Shown here: positions 28,663-40,200 of the stretch, in pieces
Numbering within the stretch: the first letter of the stretch is position 1
How the letters are laid out: every line of letters begins with the position of its first letter
Assembly: GCA_020426625.1 (NCBI GenBank)
Contig: JAGQPR010000001.1
Location: forward strand, 18,992-82,991
Direction: 5' to 3'
Source of the DNA: Planctomycetales bacterium
GTDB lineage: Bacteria; Planctomycetota; Planctomycetia; Pirellulales; Pirellulaceae
Length of the DNA: 64,000 nucleotides
Notes under the pieces: generated by a model
What the model was told of the DNA's origin: nothing
Database searches by the model: none
What the model saw: only the letters and a program-made list of their open reading frames with translations
Position numbers and translations under genes: made by a program

Positions 28663-30408
28663 TCAATTCACCGTGGAAACACCAATGGTCATATTGGCCA
28701 ACGCATCAGCCACTGGGGTAATCGCTTCTAGCGGGTTTTGGCTAGTTAAAGCAGAATCAAGGAACTTGATGTAGCCAACGTCGGTCAACTTGCCTGTCGT
28801 GCTGTCCAGCGGTAACCAGTGATCGTCAAGCCAGGCTTCGGTCCACAGATGAATGGTCAGCTGGCTTGGTTTTTCGCGATCAACCATAAGTCCGCTTGCG
28901 ATTCGTGCCGGAATTGCACGGTTTCGAAGTAGCGCTGCCAGTAGCACAGCGTGCTCGTTGCAATTTCCCGTCAGACGAGATGCGACTTCGGCAGCGGAAT
29001 CAAAGCGAGGAGAAAATGGCTCCACCGTTCCCAAGTTGTCGAAAACGGCCTTGTTCAAAGCGAGGGCGATTTGCAAGGGTTTTGATGCGCTGCCCGTCCA
29101 TTCCGTGGCTAACCGATCCACGGTTGGATGATTTGATTGAACAAACTTAGAAGGCTCCAGGAAAGGTTTGAAATCCTTGCTGGGCTCCTCCGCGGGGAAT
29201 TGATCGGCGGCCAACGCAGTGACCGTCACGGCAGCTCGCCGCGATGTGACCGCTTGTATCAATTGATTGCCACCTGAAGTCAACAGATCTTCGATTCCTG
29301 TGGCCACGGCCAGGTACATAACCTCCTTCGCCGGTTCGGTGGGAAAATCGCCATCTAACGTTAGTGTGAATGCATTAGATTCTTCCAGCCGATACTGGTC
29401 TTGCATACGCTGCACAACATCTCGGCTCGTGCGATAGGCGACGTGATTCAGGCCGGTCAGCGCGACTGTCTTTTCGATTTCTCCTTTTGCGTTGATCCAG
29501 TTTTTGGAGCGGATGCCGTTGTCTGCACTGTAGATCATCGTCACTTCAACCGGAACAAGTTCGACCCGCGTTCCGTCGAGCATCGGAGTCAGCTCTGGCT
29601 CGGAAGCAATCAGTTTCACGTCGACCACCGCTCGCAATTGAGGTAGGTACACTTTAGCCGAACGCCGCTCGCCGGGTACCATGACGGATTGCATCAGGAT
29701 CGCCTGGATTCCCATGGCTCCCCAAGCCTGATAGTCCAAGTTGACGACTTGTTGTTTGACCGACGTTCCCAGCGTGGTGACCAGCCTTAATTCGCCTCTG
29801 GTCAATGAACCTGTTGTTTTAACTAGGCTCGTCCCATTGGATGTCGTCTCGGTCATTTCTTGCAGACGACCGTCGTAGGATTCCATGGTCTCCAGCACTG
29901 TTTTGATGCGTGTCTTATGGCCTGCTCTTACGAATTCCATCGAGTCAGTTCGCTTGATCGTGATCCGATTGCTTGCGGACAGTGCTGGAGGTGTGACGAT
30001 GGTATGCGTAAAACCCGCTGGTTGTCCATTGATGTACTGGACTTGTGACATTTCCCAAGGAAGCTGCTCCGCAAAAATCCATGGTCCCTTGCCAGCAGGC
30101 GTCTCAACAAACGACTTGTCGTCTATTTCGGTCGCGTCAATTTCGGTAGATGTGGCATTAGCATCGACGTTGTCTGTCTGAGTGCCTTCTGATTCCTCAC
30201 TCGCCACATCAGAGCCTTGGCTTTCCTCTTCGCCAGTGAGCTGGTCGCCATCGATCGAGAATCGAATTGGAGGGCTGGAAGAATCTTTGGAATTGTTGCA
30301 GCCCACGTTGATAACAATGCAGCTGAACAGGGCGAGTAACTGCACGACGTGCTTGGCTTGAAATTGGCTCATACGGCTGGCTCGTCTCAATAGCGAATAG
30401 AAAGGCAC
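28663..30408 (-). CDS. transglutaminase-like domain protein (probable lipoprotein)
   Basis: 581 aa. The signal ends in 'INVGC', and the transglutaminase core Cys context is 'TGNCNEHAVLLAALLR'. Confidence 0.75.
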   Translation of the reverse strand: MPFYSLLRRASRMSQFQAKHVVQLLALFSCIVINVGCNNSKDSSSPPIRFSIDGDQLTGEEESQGSDVASEESEGTQTDNVDANATSTEIDATEIDDKSFVETPAGKGPWIFAEQLPWEMSQVQYINGQPAGFTHTIVTPPALSASNRITIKRTDSMEFVRAGHKTRIKTVLETMESYDGRLQEMTETTSNGTSLVKTTGSLTRGELRLVTTLGTSVKQQVVNLDYQAWGAMGIQAILMQSVMVPGERRSAKVYLPQLRAVVDVKLIASEPELTPMLDGTRVELVPVEVTMIYSADNGIRSKNWINAKGEIEKTVALTGLNHVAYRTSRDVVQRMQDQYRLEESNAFTLTLDGDFPTEPAKEVMYLAVATGIEDLLTSGGNQLIQAVTSRRAAVTVTALAADQFPAEEPSKDFKPFLEPSKFVQSNHPTVDRLATEWTGSASKPLQIALALNKAVFDNLGTVEPFSPRFDSAAEVASRLTGNCNEHAVLLAALLRNRAIPARIASGLMVDREKPSQLTIHLWTEAWLDDHWLPLDSTTGKLTDVGYIKFLDSALTSQNPLEAITPVADALANMTIGVSTVN

Positions 30409-30670
30409 ACGTTTGACGTTAATTCAAACGTTGTGATTCTGCTTCAATTGTAGCCTTTCTCAGTTGACTTTCTGCAGCGTAGCCGTCTGAGCCGTTCCGA
30501 TTCTTCCGTCTTTGCCAGTTGCTCATTTGGACACGTCCAGGAAACTGCCCAAGTTTCCACGATCTTTGAGTCGGCTTTTGAGGATGACCTAGTTTTCCTT
30601 GTGGCAACTGAGGTTGCACGGCTTGAACGCCAAAGTCTCCCCCCAAAAACGCTTTCGCAAGAGAAACAAA

Positions 30671-31384
30671 ATGGGCTCGCAGCAACGCTCCCAAAAAACC
30701 AATTCGACAGGCAACTCCACTTCGGCAAAGGAAGACGCGCTGACCAGTTTCGGCAGCCTAACTGACGAACAATTGGAAGCACATCTGGAAGTCTCGTGCT
30801 ACGGCGTTTTTGAGCTGACCGATGCAATTCGCCCCTCGGTCGATCTGCAAATCATACCCAAGCAAGGCTTCCGCCACGACTTTTACGTCGATCCCGCGTC
30901 GGAGACCAAGGTCCCGGTGGTGATGGCCGCGGCCTCTCGCGAGCGACTATTTGATCTGTTCATCGATATGCTCGATACGCTAGGTCCAGTGGTCGATGTC
31001 GTACTGGAAACCAGCCACTATCATACGGGTGGCCATCAAGACCACTATCGCGAACACATCGATATGCCCGTCCTTAAGAGCATTCTCTACGACTTCGAAG
31101 AGATGTTGCTGAATGACGGTTGCACGGGAATCGCTGTTCTGAATCCCCAGCGACAGCAGGAGGTTCAGTTTGATGAACACAAGATGATCATCGCCTACGG
31201 ATCGCCGCTGGAATCATTTGAGCGCGTGCTTATTAGCCACGATGTGTACGTCGATGAATCAATTCGCTTTGTGACAGAAGCGGAACATGTACACACCAGC
31301 AGCGACAAGCTCTATGACGAATTCACGCAGCTGACGATTCGTTTGGGCATGGAATCCGAACACGAAGATTCGGCGACCTGCTAG
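30671..31384 (+). CDS. hypothetical protein (His-rich segment, no recognised family)
   Basis: The ATG at 30671 lies inside ORF 30599..31384. Composition is protein-like and includes 'HYHTGGHQDHYREHID'. It is convergent with fur. Confidence 0.5.
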   Translation: MGSQQRSQKTNSTGNSTSAKEDALTSFGSLTDEQLEAHLEVSCYGVFELTDAIRPSVDLQIIPKQGFRHDFYVDPASETKVPVVMAAASRERLFDLFIDMLDTLGPVVDVVLETSHYHTGGHQDHYREHIDMPVLKSILYDFEEMLLNDGCTGIAVLNPQRQQEVQFDEHKMIIAYGSPLESFERVLISHDVYVDESIRFVTEAEHVHTSSDKLYDEFTQLTIRLGMESEHEDSATC

Positions 31385-31418
31385 TTCCCTCACAAGCGGG
31401 ATCGGCAAGCGGACGCGG

Positions 31419-31952
31419 CTAGACTAAATCCTGTTTGCGGCGAGTGTTTCGGCGACTACTGCAACTGTGGCAGACGCCTTGAATAATAAAGCGATGACTA
31501 CGCACGCGGAAGCGATGCTGCTTGGCAATTTCGTCACGCAGTTGAGCGAGCTCATCGGACTGAAATTCCGTCAACTCGCGGCACTTGACACAATAAAAGT
31601 GATCGTGCTCTGGATAGCCGTAGTCGGGCTCGTAGACGCTTCTCCCATTCAGCTCAAATCGCCGCAATAGTCCAGCGTCCACAAATTCTTTCAGCGTGCG
31701 GTAGACAGTCGGTCGGCTAACGTAATTCTCTTGGCCCTTGCGCGGCAGCTGGTCAATTAACTGGTCGGCATCAAAATGCTCGTGTCGGCTGAATACCTGT
31801 TCAACCAAATATCGTCGTTGGTCGGTTTTTCGCAGACCGCGACTGGATAAATACTCCTCAAACCTCTCGATTGGCGTTTGAGATACTTCAACCGCTTCGA
31901 AAGGATTGGAGTTTTGCTCCGGATGATTCACGTTTCGACTAAATCTATGCAA
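31419..31952 (-). CDS. fur: Fur family transcriptional regulator
   Basis: 177 aa. It has winged-helix 'SRPTVYRTLKEFVDAGL' and metal sites 'HDHFYCVKCRELTEF' and 'GVCHSC'. Confidence 0.85.
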   Translation of the reverse strand: MHRFSRNVNHPEQNSNPFEAVEVSQTPIERFEEYLSSRGLRKTDQRRYLVEQVFSRHEHFDADQLIDQLPRKGQENYVSRPTVYRTLKEFVDAGLLRRFELNGRSVYEPDYGYPEHDHFYCVKCRELTEFQSDELAQLRDEIAKQHRFRVRSHRFIIQGVCHSCSSRRNTRRKQDLV

Positions 31953-32030
31953 TGAGACCTGGCAAGCTCTGATGGAGGCCTGACAAGAAAAAACCGTTCC
32001 GATATTGGAGTCCCGAGAAACTCCTCACAT

Positions 32031-32133
32031 CAATCTTAGGACCTGAAAGAAAACTGAAGGTTTCAATCCGCCGCGGCAGCCATAACGGGCGCCTGGCAAA
32101 TCGCCAAGTTCCGGTCCTCAGGTCCTAAGATTG
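32031..32133. repeat. perfect 16-bp inverted repeat with 71-nt spacer in the flgM-fur intergenic region
   Basis: 32031-32046 'caatcttaggacctga' is the exact reverse complement of 32118-32133 'tcaggtcctaagattg'. The repeat lies 79-181 nt upstream of the fur start codon. Confidence 0.6.
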
Positions 32134-32333
32134 TAAGGCAGATGCAGCGAGATGCGAATATGGCAGGCTCAGGCAAGAAGCAAAGAGGAGTTCCGCCCCG
32201 CTGCGTGCCGAGCGTCGTATCCCCCGATTGTGGAGTAGCCAAGCGGCGACCGATCAGAGCTGCACTTGACCGAAGGAACTAGTCGTGAGACTTTCACAAA
32301 ACCCAATTCGGGAAGCAGATTCCCGTACTTGGC

Positions 32334-32636
32334 TCAAGCAAACGTGTCGAGCAAACTGTCGAGCGCTGCCGAAAGCTTTTCTGGCGTTTCGTAACTGCCG
32401 TCTGCTATCGCCTGACGGATAGCAGCAACCTTTTCCGTGCGAATACCAGCATTTTCTCCGTTGGCTGTAACGTCTTGGGCAAAAGTCAATTGTTGTGCTT
32501 CAATCGATAAGTCGAGTTGGTCTTCGGCGATGGGGCGACTAGCGTTGGTCGCCTGCACGGGTCCCGTAGAGCTTGCGCTATTGGGCCGTTGTATCGCGTG
32601 AATTGTCTGAGCTTGCTGCAAACCATGAATTTGCAT
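32334..32636 (-). CDS. flgM: anti-sigma-28 factor FlgM
   Basis: The C-terminal 'RTEKVAAIRQAIADGSYETPEKLSAALDSLL' is the FlgM signature. The ATG at 32636 has 'ggggaga' upstream, whereas the longer ORF start at 32669 has no SD-like sequence. Confidence 0.78.
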   Translation of the reverse strand: MQIHGLQQAQTIHAIQRPNSASSTGPVQATNASRPIAEDQLDLSIEAQQLTFAQDVTANGENAGIRTEKVAAIRQAIADGSYETPEKLSAALDSLLDTFA

Positions 32637-32791
32637 AAAGATGGATCTCCCCTGCGGATAAAGAGTCAAGATTCTTATAGGACAGTGGCTTGGTAAAAGT
32701 CAAGTCCATTGGAGCGTCGCATTCCTTGTCGGAATCGAGGGCGATCCGTTTCACCGTGATGAGACTTCGCGAACGCAGTGGATAAGCAGTG

Positions 32792-32818
32792 CTATCGACT
32801 GACGTCTTCCAGGCTTTG
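32792..32818 (-). promoter_or_regulatory. candidate sigma-28 (FliA)-type promoter upstream of flgM
   Basis: The minus strand reads cAAA-N15-GtCGATAg, versus the consensus TAAA-N15-GCCGATAA. It sits about 155 nt upstream of the preferred flgM ATG. Confidence 0.3.
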
Positions 32819-33129
32819 CAACAAAAGCCGTGCGGTTCTAATTGTTTGGACAAGTCAATTGCTAGCAATTCTCTGGATTGCAGTCCAGTTGCTGCCGTAC
32901 GCATGTTCCCTGTATTCTCTTGCGCTCAGGTCGTCGTTGGAAGCAGCGGATTGCGAATGATGCCAGCTCGTTGTGCGGGTCGCGCTGATCGTTCAGGTCC
33001 GTTTACCTGCGTCACGAATGCGTCTGTAAAATTCGTTTCCAATCTCGAATACCGCACCCGATGGTGCTCAATTCCCTAGAGGATTCTCACATTCGAGGAT
33101 TTCGTGCATTGAGGCTATAGAAGGCGAAA

Positions 33130-34236
33130 ATGCGATTCTGCCTGTTCAGCACACAACAACATTGGGGCGGTGGAGAAGCACTGCTCAAGACCGTCGGCGA
33201 CGAGCTGCAGCTGTCTGGGCACGCTGTCGCCTGGGTCGCTCGCAACCATAGCGAAGTGCATGAACGAATTGTTGGTCAATCAGAACAATTGCTACACGCA
33301 ACCGATGGCCGTGGGTGGAATGTCGCTGATTGGTTGTCGGTTATTCGCGTTTTTCGACAATGGGCACCAGACGTTTTGCTACTCAATGATACGCATGCTG
33401 TACCATTGGCTGGGACAGCGGCCTGGTTTTGCCGTCGTCCGAAGCCGTTGAGACTCGCATACAAACACACGATTTTTCCGCTGCGCAGCAAACTCAAGTA
33501 CCAGTTTCTAACGGACAAGATAGTCTGTGTTTCTCAAGCTGCCTTTGAAACGCTTTGCCAAGGAGGACTAGGGACGAATCGCTTGGCGATGATTTACGGT
33601 GGCTGCAGTATTCCCCAAGTCGAGCCACAGACCGTGGCTACCATTCGACACGAATTCAATGTGGCTGGCTCCCGCAGGTTGATCGTTTGCGTGGGCAACC
33701 TGCTTAAGTGCAAGGGACATGCCGAACTGATCCAAGCGGCCGCCCTACTGCCCGGCAACAAAGACCTACTTATCGTGATTGCCGGTCAAGGCGAGCAAGA
33801 GCAACGGCTGCGCCACATGATCGCCGACTTGGGACTGTCCCAGCGCGTGCGATTGCTTGGTTACAGGCATGACGCCGAACAGCTGCTGGCAGCTGCGGAT
33901 CTGGTGGTGCATCCGTCGCATGCTGAAGGGCTTTCGCTAGTGCTCATCCAAGCTCAGATGTTGGGTAAACCGATAGTTGCTACCGCAGTTGGTGGAGCCG
34001 CAGAGGTACTGAACGCTGATCGGCCGGAAGACAGCAGCTGTTGGCTGGCTGAACCAAGGCAATCGGCCGACTTGGCTCGAGCAATCTCGCAGGCCTTAAC
34101 CGAACTGGAACGCCCCGACGAACAATGGACTGCGAAACTGAATGCAACAACGCAGCGGACGCTGGAGACTTTTAGCTCGCGCCGTACAGGCCAGCAATTG
34201 GCTGAATTGGCTGCCAGTCTGCGCGTGCAGAGGTGA
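33130..34236 (+). CDS. glycosyltransferase family 4 (GT-B fold)
   Basis: 368 aa. 'VHPSHAEGLSLVLIQAQMLGKPIVATAVGGAAEVL' is the E-x7-E region of GT4/GT1 enzymes. Confidence 0.85.
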   Translation: MRFCLFSTQQHWGGGEALLKTVGDELQLSGHAVAWVARNHSEVHERIVGQSEQLLHATDGRGWNVADWLSVIRVFRQWAPDVLLLNDTHAVPLAGTAAWFCRRPKPLRLAYKHTIFPLRSKLKYQFLTDKIVCVSQAAFETLCQGGLGTNRLAMIYGGCSIPQVEPQTVATIRHEFNVAGSRRLIVCVGNLLKCKGHAELIQAAALLPGNKDLLIVIAGQGEQEQRLRHMIADLGLSQRVRLLGYRHDAEQLLAAADLVVHPSHAEGLSLVLIQAQMLGKPIVATAVGGAAEVLNADRPEDSSCWLAEPRQSADLARAISQALTELERPDEQWTAKLNATTQRTLETFSSRRTGQQLAELAASLRVQR

Positions 34237-34279
34237 CTTGCAGACTGGCCAGTTCAGCGCAATGCCGGAATCAATTCAA

Positions 34280-37200
34280 TCAACGTGTGGGTGGAATGGT
34301 TTCCAGGACCACTGTTCCCAATTGTTGGTCCATGACCAGTATTGCCAAGCGTTGTGTCGTGTCCAAGTCGGCGGTGCTCAACGATGCGTAGTCGAAATAG
34401 CCGCGCAAGTCAGTGTACCCGTCTTTGAAGAAGCGAACGCTACCGTCAGCGTGGCGTGCATAGACTTTGACGTACGCCCCAGTTGCTGGGCTGGAGTCCA
34501 AACGGCTTTGTACATGAATCTGGCCCTGCGAGGGAAGCAACCTCGCATTCAGTGAATTGGCAGTCACAACCAAACTACTGGAAAGACCTGCCGCAGTCAC
34601 CTCGACCAAAACATTGCGATTGCGTACCTCTTGAGGGATGGGGATTTCCGCCGAGCCGGTCTTAGTTGGTAGTTCTAGTTTTTGAGTCTGATTCGGCTCG
34701 ATCACTGGAACGCGACCATCGCCCTGCGAAACAAAGGGCTCGCGGCTGAACAGAAGCTCGATGTCCATCAAGTAGTAGTTGACTTGAAGCGACTCGAGAT
34801 TTTGGTAGTTTACCACCGCTTTCTCCCCTCGGTTCTGGAGGCTTAGTGCTGGGGACACAGCGGCCGCAACCGTTTGTTGCGACTCTCGCGTACCCGCCAA
34901 CAGTTTTTGCGTTGGATCTAATTGAGGTTCGTTTTCATCAAGCGGAGGTAGCGAGTTGCCCGCAAGAATGGCCTCGCGAGCGGCGATTTGTTCAAGCACT
35001 TGGCGAAACATGGAATTCCACCTGGGCACCGGGTAGTTGGCAAATCGCTGGGCGACTTCGCGCGCGTGATCGTACTCACCGCGGTAGAAATCCAAGTAAG
35101 CATCGAAATAGGCGTATTGCATTGAAGCTCGCGCACGTTGTTCGGTAACTTGAGAAAACCATGTCAGCGCTTCCTCAATTCGATTCTGCAATATCATGTA
35201 GTAACACACCTGCATGCGCTGGTCGTCCATCAGCTTTGAATTGTGGCTGATAACGTTCATCAAGTCATGATAGTGTCCATGTAGGCGAGGATTGAGGATA
35301 ACTCGCTGCGTTCCCAGTTGATGGAATCTGGCCACCACAAGCGGATTGAAATCCAGATGCTGATAACTGTGTTGTTGCTGGGGATTCAGGGTCAATAGTG
35401 GGCTACGGAGAACCGGTCCAAGTTGGGCGATCAAGTCCGCTCGCTGTTGCAGAAACTGTTCGATTCTGGCTGGATCTGCATGTTGTAGTGAGTAGGCCCA
35501 GAGTGTTGCGTCGAATCGGCCTGCGCTGGCCAAGAGTTCAATGACACTCTTGTAAAAGTCAGTGTCTTGCATGCGAAAAGCAATGCGACTCAGGTCAAGC
35601 TGTTGTAGATTAGCTTGGGTCAGGTAATCGATCACCTGCCCATTGGTTCCCCAATCCGCCACGTAGCTCCAAGTGTTTTCGTCCACGGACTCGGGAGCAT
35701 CCAGTACGCGAATCGTACGATGAGCAGCAGATGCCAAGGTGCCCTCAGCATCATTGACTTGGGCCCCGTAATGGTCAAAGCTGCCAGAGTTAGGAAAGTA
35801 GAAGCGGTATTCCACTTGCGCAGTGCTGTAGGCGTTGAGCTTCAGGGGAGTACTGCGAGTTTGTTGATTGCCTTGCAAGGGAATCGTGCCTTGGGGCAAC
35901 TGCGTTAGCACGTAGACTTGCTGTTGCTGGTTGCTGGTATTGGTCACCACGACTCGAGCTACATAAGCAGTGCCCTTCAGCAGTGGCGAATTACCAAGTG
36001 GGCTCACATCCTGTTGGCGATCGCCCGGATTGGACAGATAGATTTCTTGCCCGACCAAGATTCTCGCGGCTTCATTCGATTGTGCGTTTTCTGGCGTCGG
36101 TTGTACGCTTTCCAGGTAGACGATGCCGGGTGTCTCGCTTCGCAAGACGATTTGCCCGTTCTCTATATCCAGTTTGGATCCCTTGGGTTCAAATGGAAGG
36201 TCAACGACTGCCAACGCCAGCAAGGCTTCGCTGACGTTGCTGCACGCCAAGTCCAGATTCATAGGAAGGAATGTATCCGCTTCGTTCGTCAAATACTCTT
36301 GCCAAAATGGGTTGGCTGGTATCAGGCTGGGCAATTGGTCTTCCAGCTTGACGTGGTGGTAATGGGTTTCCGCCCATACGCGAGTTGGCTTGAGACTTTG
36401 GAAAAAACGATTGGATGGCAGCCCTAACATTTTGCGATCGCTGCCGAAAAAATTGTCGTCAAACTGGGCGGTCAGAGCTTCAGGGACAGCGTCGCGAGAT
36501 GCCTTGGCGTTTGCTTGAGCACGCATGGCTCTTGCAGTCGGCGGCATGCGAGGATCCGACTCAGCCAGGCTTTCCCCCAGGCGTGCCCCGTCAAAGTTCA
36601 TAGAGCCCCCGAAACCACCACCTGCGGCACTCAGTTCTTCCAGCGTTCGTCCGCCAGAACTGCCCAGTAGGGATCCGCGCAGCGCGATTTCAAATCGTTG
36701 ATTACGCAAGTTCTCGTCCAGCTTGTTAGCTTCCAAGTATTCGTTCAGCCAACGTTGAACCGTCGCTTCCGCTTGTGGGACTCTCGATGCAAGTAGCACT
36801 CTTTCTAAGGTGTTCAGCCGATCTAGTTGCCACAGATTCGCATACTGGTCGATGGGTTCTTCCAGAAGCCAGCGGTCTACCAATTGTTTGTCCATCTTTT
36901 GTGTGAGGAAGGGACGAATTACTCGCTCAAAAAATGGTCGGTCTTTGTGATACAAGAAGACGTTCAGCTCATGACAGGCCATTTCATCGTAGGCAGCCAA
37001 TTGGGCCTCTGGTGACAGTTCGTGCCAGTTGCCGACAAAGCGGAATTTCTCCCATTCAGGGTTATTCAAGATTGTTGCATACAGCTGGAAGACATCCGCG
37101 ATCGACGTAAACGTTTGCAGTCGTTTCGAGCGAGGGTCGCCCAATTCACGGACCGTACCGGCTTGCAGCACTTCGACAGTGTGAGTTTGCACCAAGTGTT

Positions 37201-40200
37201 GGTCGGAGCCAAACGCCGACTCGAGGCGCTGATCTCTCGACGAAAGTTGGTGGTTGGGCACGACAACTTGTCGACTATCGACAGTGGTTGGATGGACCGC
37301 GACAACTGTGACATGGCTAGAATTCCGCAAGGCCTCCAGGGGAATGCTTACGCTGCCATTGGCCAAGCCCAAGTTTCCGGCGATCACCGCCCCGCTGGCC
37401 AAAAAGTCAAAGCATTTCCAGTCAGGCGAGGAGATTGCCATCTGAGCTTCCGCTTCGCCGCGACTCATTCTGGAGTTCAGGTCGGGAGCTGGCGAGGCGG
37501 GCAATGCGTCTCCTGCGGCAGCTTGCCGAGTCGTGCTTTCGGCAACCGACAGCTCCCACGGATGAATCAGCAACGTGGGCTGGACGAGCATGTTGCCGGG
37601 GAACTTCTTTGCAGATTGCCGATCGAGAATGTACTGGTACTCTTCGTCCAGCCGCAGAGAGTCCACGAAATGGTTCCGCGCTGGCTGCCAGCGCCCTACG
37701 GACGATGTTGGAAACGGGAACTGAAAATGCTCAGCTTGATCGGACGAGGGCATGAAGGCGTCGGCAATGACATGCACGCGCGTCATCGCATCTGCTCCCG
37801 CCACGCGAATCTTGAGTTGCCCATCGTCAATCTCAGCAGATTGAATTGTAATTGCGGGTGGATTGTTCGTTTGGGCGATTTGATGTTTGCCAACTACGAA
37901 TCCATGGTGTTCTTCACCTGCGGCAACGAATATTCGCAGTCGCTGCTGCCCTTCGTAGTCGTGAAGTATGTACTCGCCAGCCTGCCAATCGGAAATGATC
38001 AGCCTGCCAGGTTGCAATTCGATGTGTCGGCTTGCGTCACGATATGTGGTGTTATTGCGAATTTCAAAAAGCCGAAAACTCGAATTGGCCACAGTGCTCT
38101 TTCCCAACGGAAGCACTAAATCGTTGGACATTGGCACGACAACCGACACTGGCCAACGGCGATGGAACATCTTCGGCAGAAAAGCGACGGACCGAATTCC
38201 GTTGGCTGTTGCGACGATGCTGTCTACTTCAGCGAGCTTGCCCAAATCAATGTGGCCCCGTTCATCCGTTGCCAAGGTAAAGCGTTGTTCGGCTTTGAAC
38301 GCATTCAACTTAATGGCCAGGTTAACTGGTAAACTCGGTATGGCTTCTCCATTGCGTCCGATGACATGAAGCTTGAATGCGTTGGGGGTGGGCACTAGAT
38401 AAAAATCGGCAATCTGCTCGGTCTTGCAGATTGCATTGCAAGCCAATGAGTATTCCGAGCGAACTGTCTGAAGTTCTCCACGGCTTACGTTTCTAACCTT
38501 CCCTTCTAGAACAAATTGAAGCTGCGCCAGTCTTTGCGGAACCAGGAATTGGTGCAGGACTTCATCGCCATCGCTCAGGTCGTCCAGCGATGTCGTTTGA
38601 GTGGTCGCAATGCCATCTAGGTCAGTAGCTCTCACCGTCAACTGTGGCGACTCGAGCAGTTCAATACTGGTTGCTCGGCCGTTGCATTCCAGGCGAGTAC
38701 GAATGGCAATCGTTGCTTGCAAACCAGCCACTAAGGATTGGCGGTCCACTAAGAAGCCAGCTTGCAACTGGTAGCTTTCGTTGAAGTGTGCCAAAACTTG
38801 TTGGGCAGTCAGATCTTGGTCGACCAGCAACAATTGCCGCGTTGTTTGTGTCTCGGCGTAGGGAACAACGATTTGGCCCGTCTTATCGGGCATGAAGGAC
38901 TTGCTGTTCAATTCAATGTGCGCTTGGGGCTGCGGATGACCAGCTTCGTCAACGATGCGAAAGACGTGTCCGGCATCTCCCATGCGCTCCAGTGCAACAA
39001 GAGTCCCCTTTTGTATAAGGGCGCGAGAGCGGATCCCGCCGCCCAATAGATCGACGACCCAAATTCCACGTCCAGCTAGCTCCGGCAACGGGATTTTCTC
39101 GTCGTGGCGCAATTGACTGGCGTGTGAGAATTCGATCGTTCGTTGCGTGTTGGCAACTAATCCATCCAGATCCAAGTCAGTGCCGGGCGCTTGTGGGTGG
39201 TTTCGATAGTGGTTGAGCGTGTTGATTTCATAGATTTTGACGATCAACTGTGGAGCGTTCTTGATTTCGACATCCAAAACCACGGCATCGGTAGGACTGA
39301 GTTGAGTTTGATTCTGGGGAGCAAAACGAACTTCGACACGTTCTTTGATTTCCTTTTGCTCTCCAGGAGTTAGCTGGGCGTAAGCGGTCGTTGCGTCTCC
39401 TAAACCGTAGAGGATACTTGTTTCCGCTCGCACTCGCCTGAGATAATCACGGTCCAAAAACTGTGCGAACTCAGATAAATCGTCTTGGGATTTGAGAAAC
39501 TGCTCCAAATATCGACGCACTAGCGTTGTGTCGTCAGCGATGGGCTGCAGCGCTGCTTGAGGCTGCATTGAATAATTCAATTCTGCCAGTGAAACTCGCT
39601 GCCTCTCGAACCGCGTCGTGTTGTAGTATGGAGCCGACCGCGGCAGTTGTAGATAGGCGAGGAAACGCTGGCGGTTGTAAATGCCTTCGCTCATGTCCAA
39701 TCGCAAGAGATTGCCCAACACGAGAGCCTTGAAGCTGTTCTGTGACTCGGGCAGCCGATTGGACCATGCTAACAATCGATCCAAATACTCGCGCAGAGTG
39801 TCTTTGTCGCTCAGCGTTTGCCCCTCGGGAGGCGCCAAACGCGCAGTGTAGGCTCGTACAAACGCTTCGTGGCCAAGCAACGTCGGCACTGTTTGCTGCA
39901 ATTGCTCAAGCTGTTCGAGCGTCAACCGCTGGTGGATATTTGCCCAGCCGAAGCCCTTAGTATCTTTGAGCTTCAGTTCTTCGGCGATGCGGGCAACAAC
40001 CCCTGGCAAGTCTGCTCGCTCCAGCCGTCCAAGTAGCGCTCGCAACTGGTCTACGCTTAGCTGTTCTTCGATGAGCAACCACAGTCCCGCTTGCTCCAAC
40101 TGGCCCAGACTCTTGTCACGAGCGACAACGCTTTGCAGCAGTGAGTTGGTTTGCAGCCGGGTATTGTCTAGGGAATTAGCCAGCTGCGCAGCGCGATCGC

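Noticed and set aside
37022-38119. 365-aa plus-strand ORF, together with many other 60-260-aa ORFs antisense to long genes (for example 14200-14988, 44220-44834, 53469-54137, 59052-59783, 2256-2789).
   Set aside because: They lie entirely inside strongly supported genes on the opposite strand. They are Arg/Ser/Cys/Pro-rich with no motifs. This is typical of shadow ORFs in moderately GC-rich DNA.
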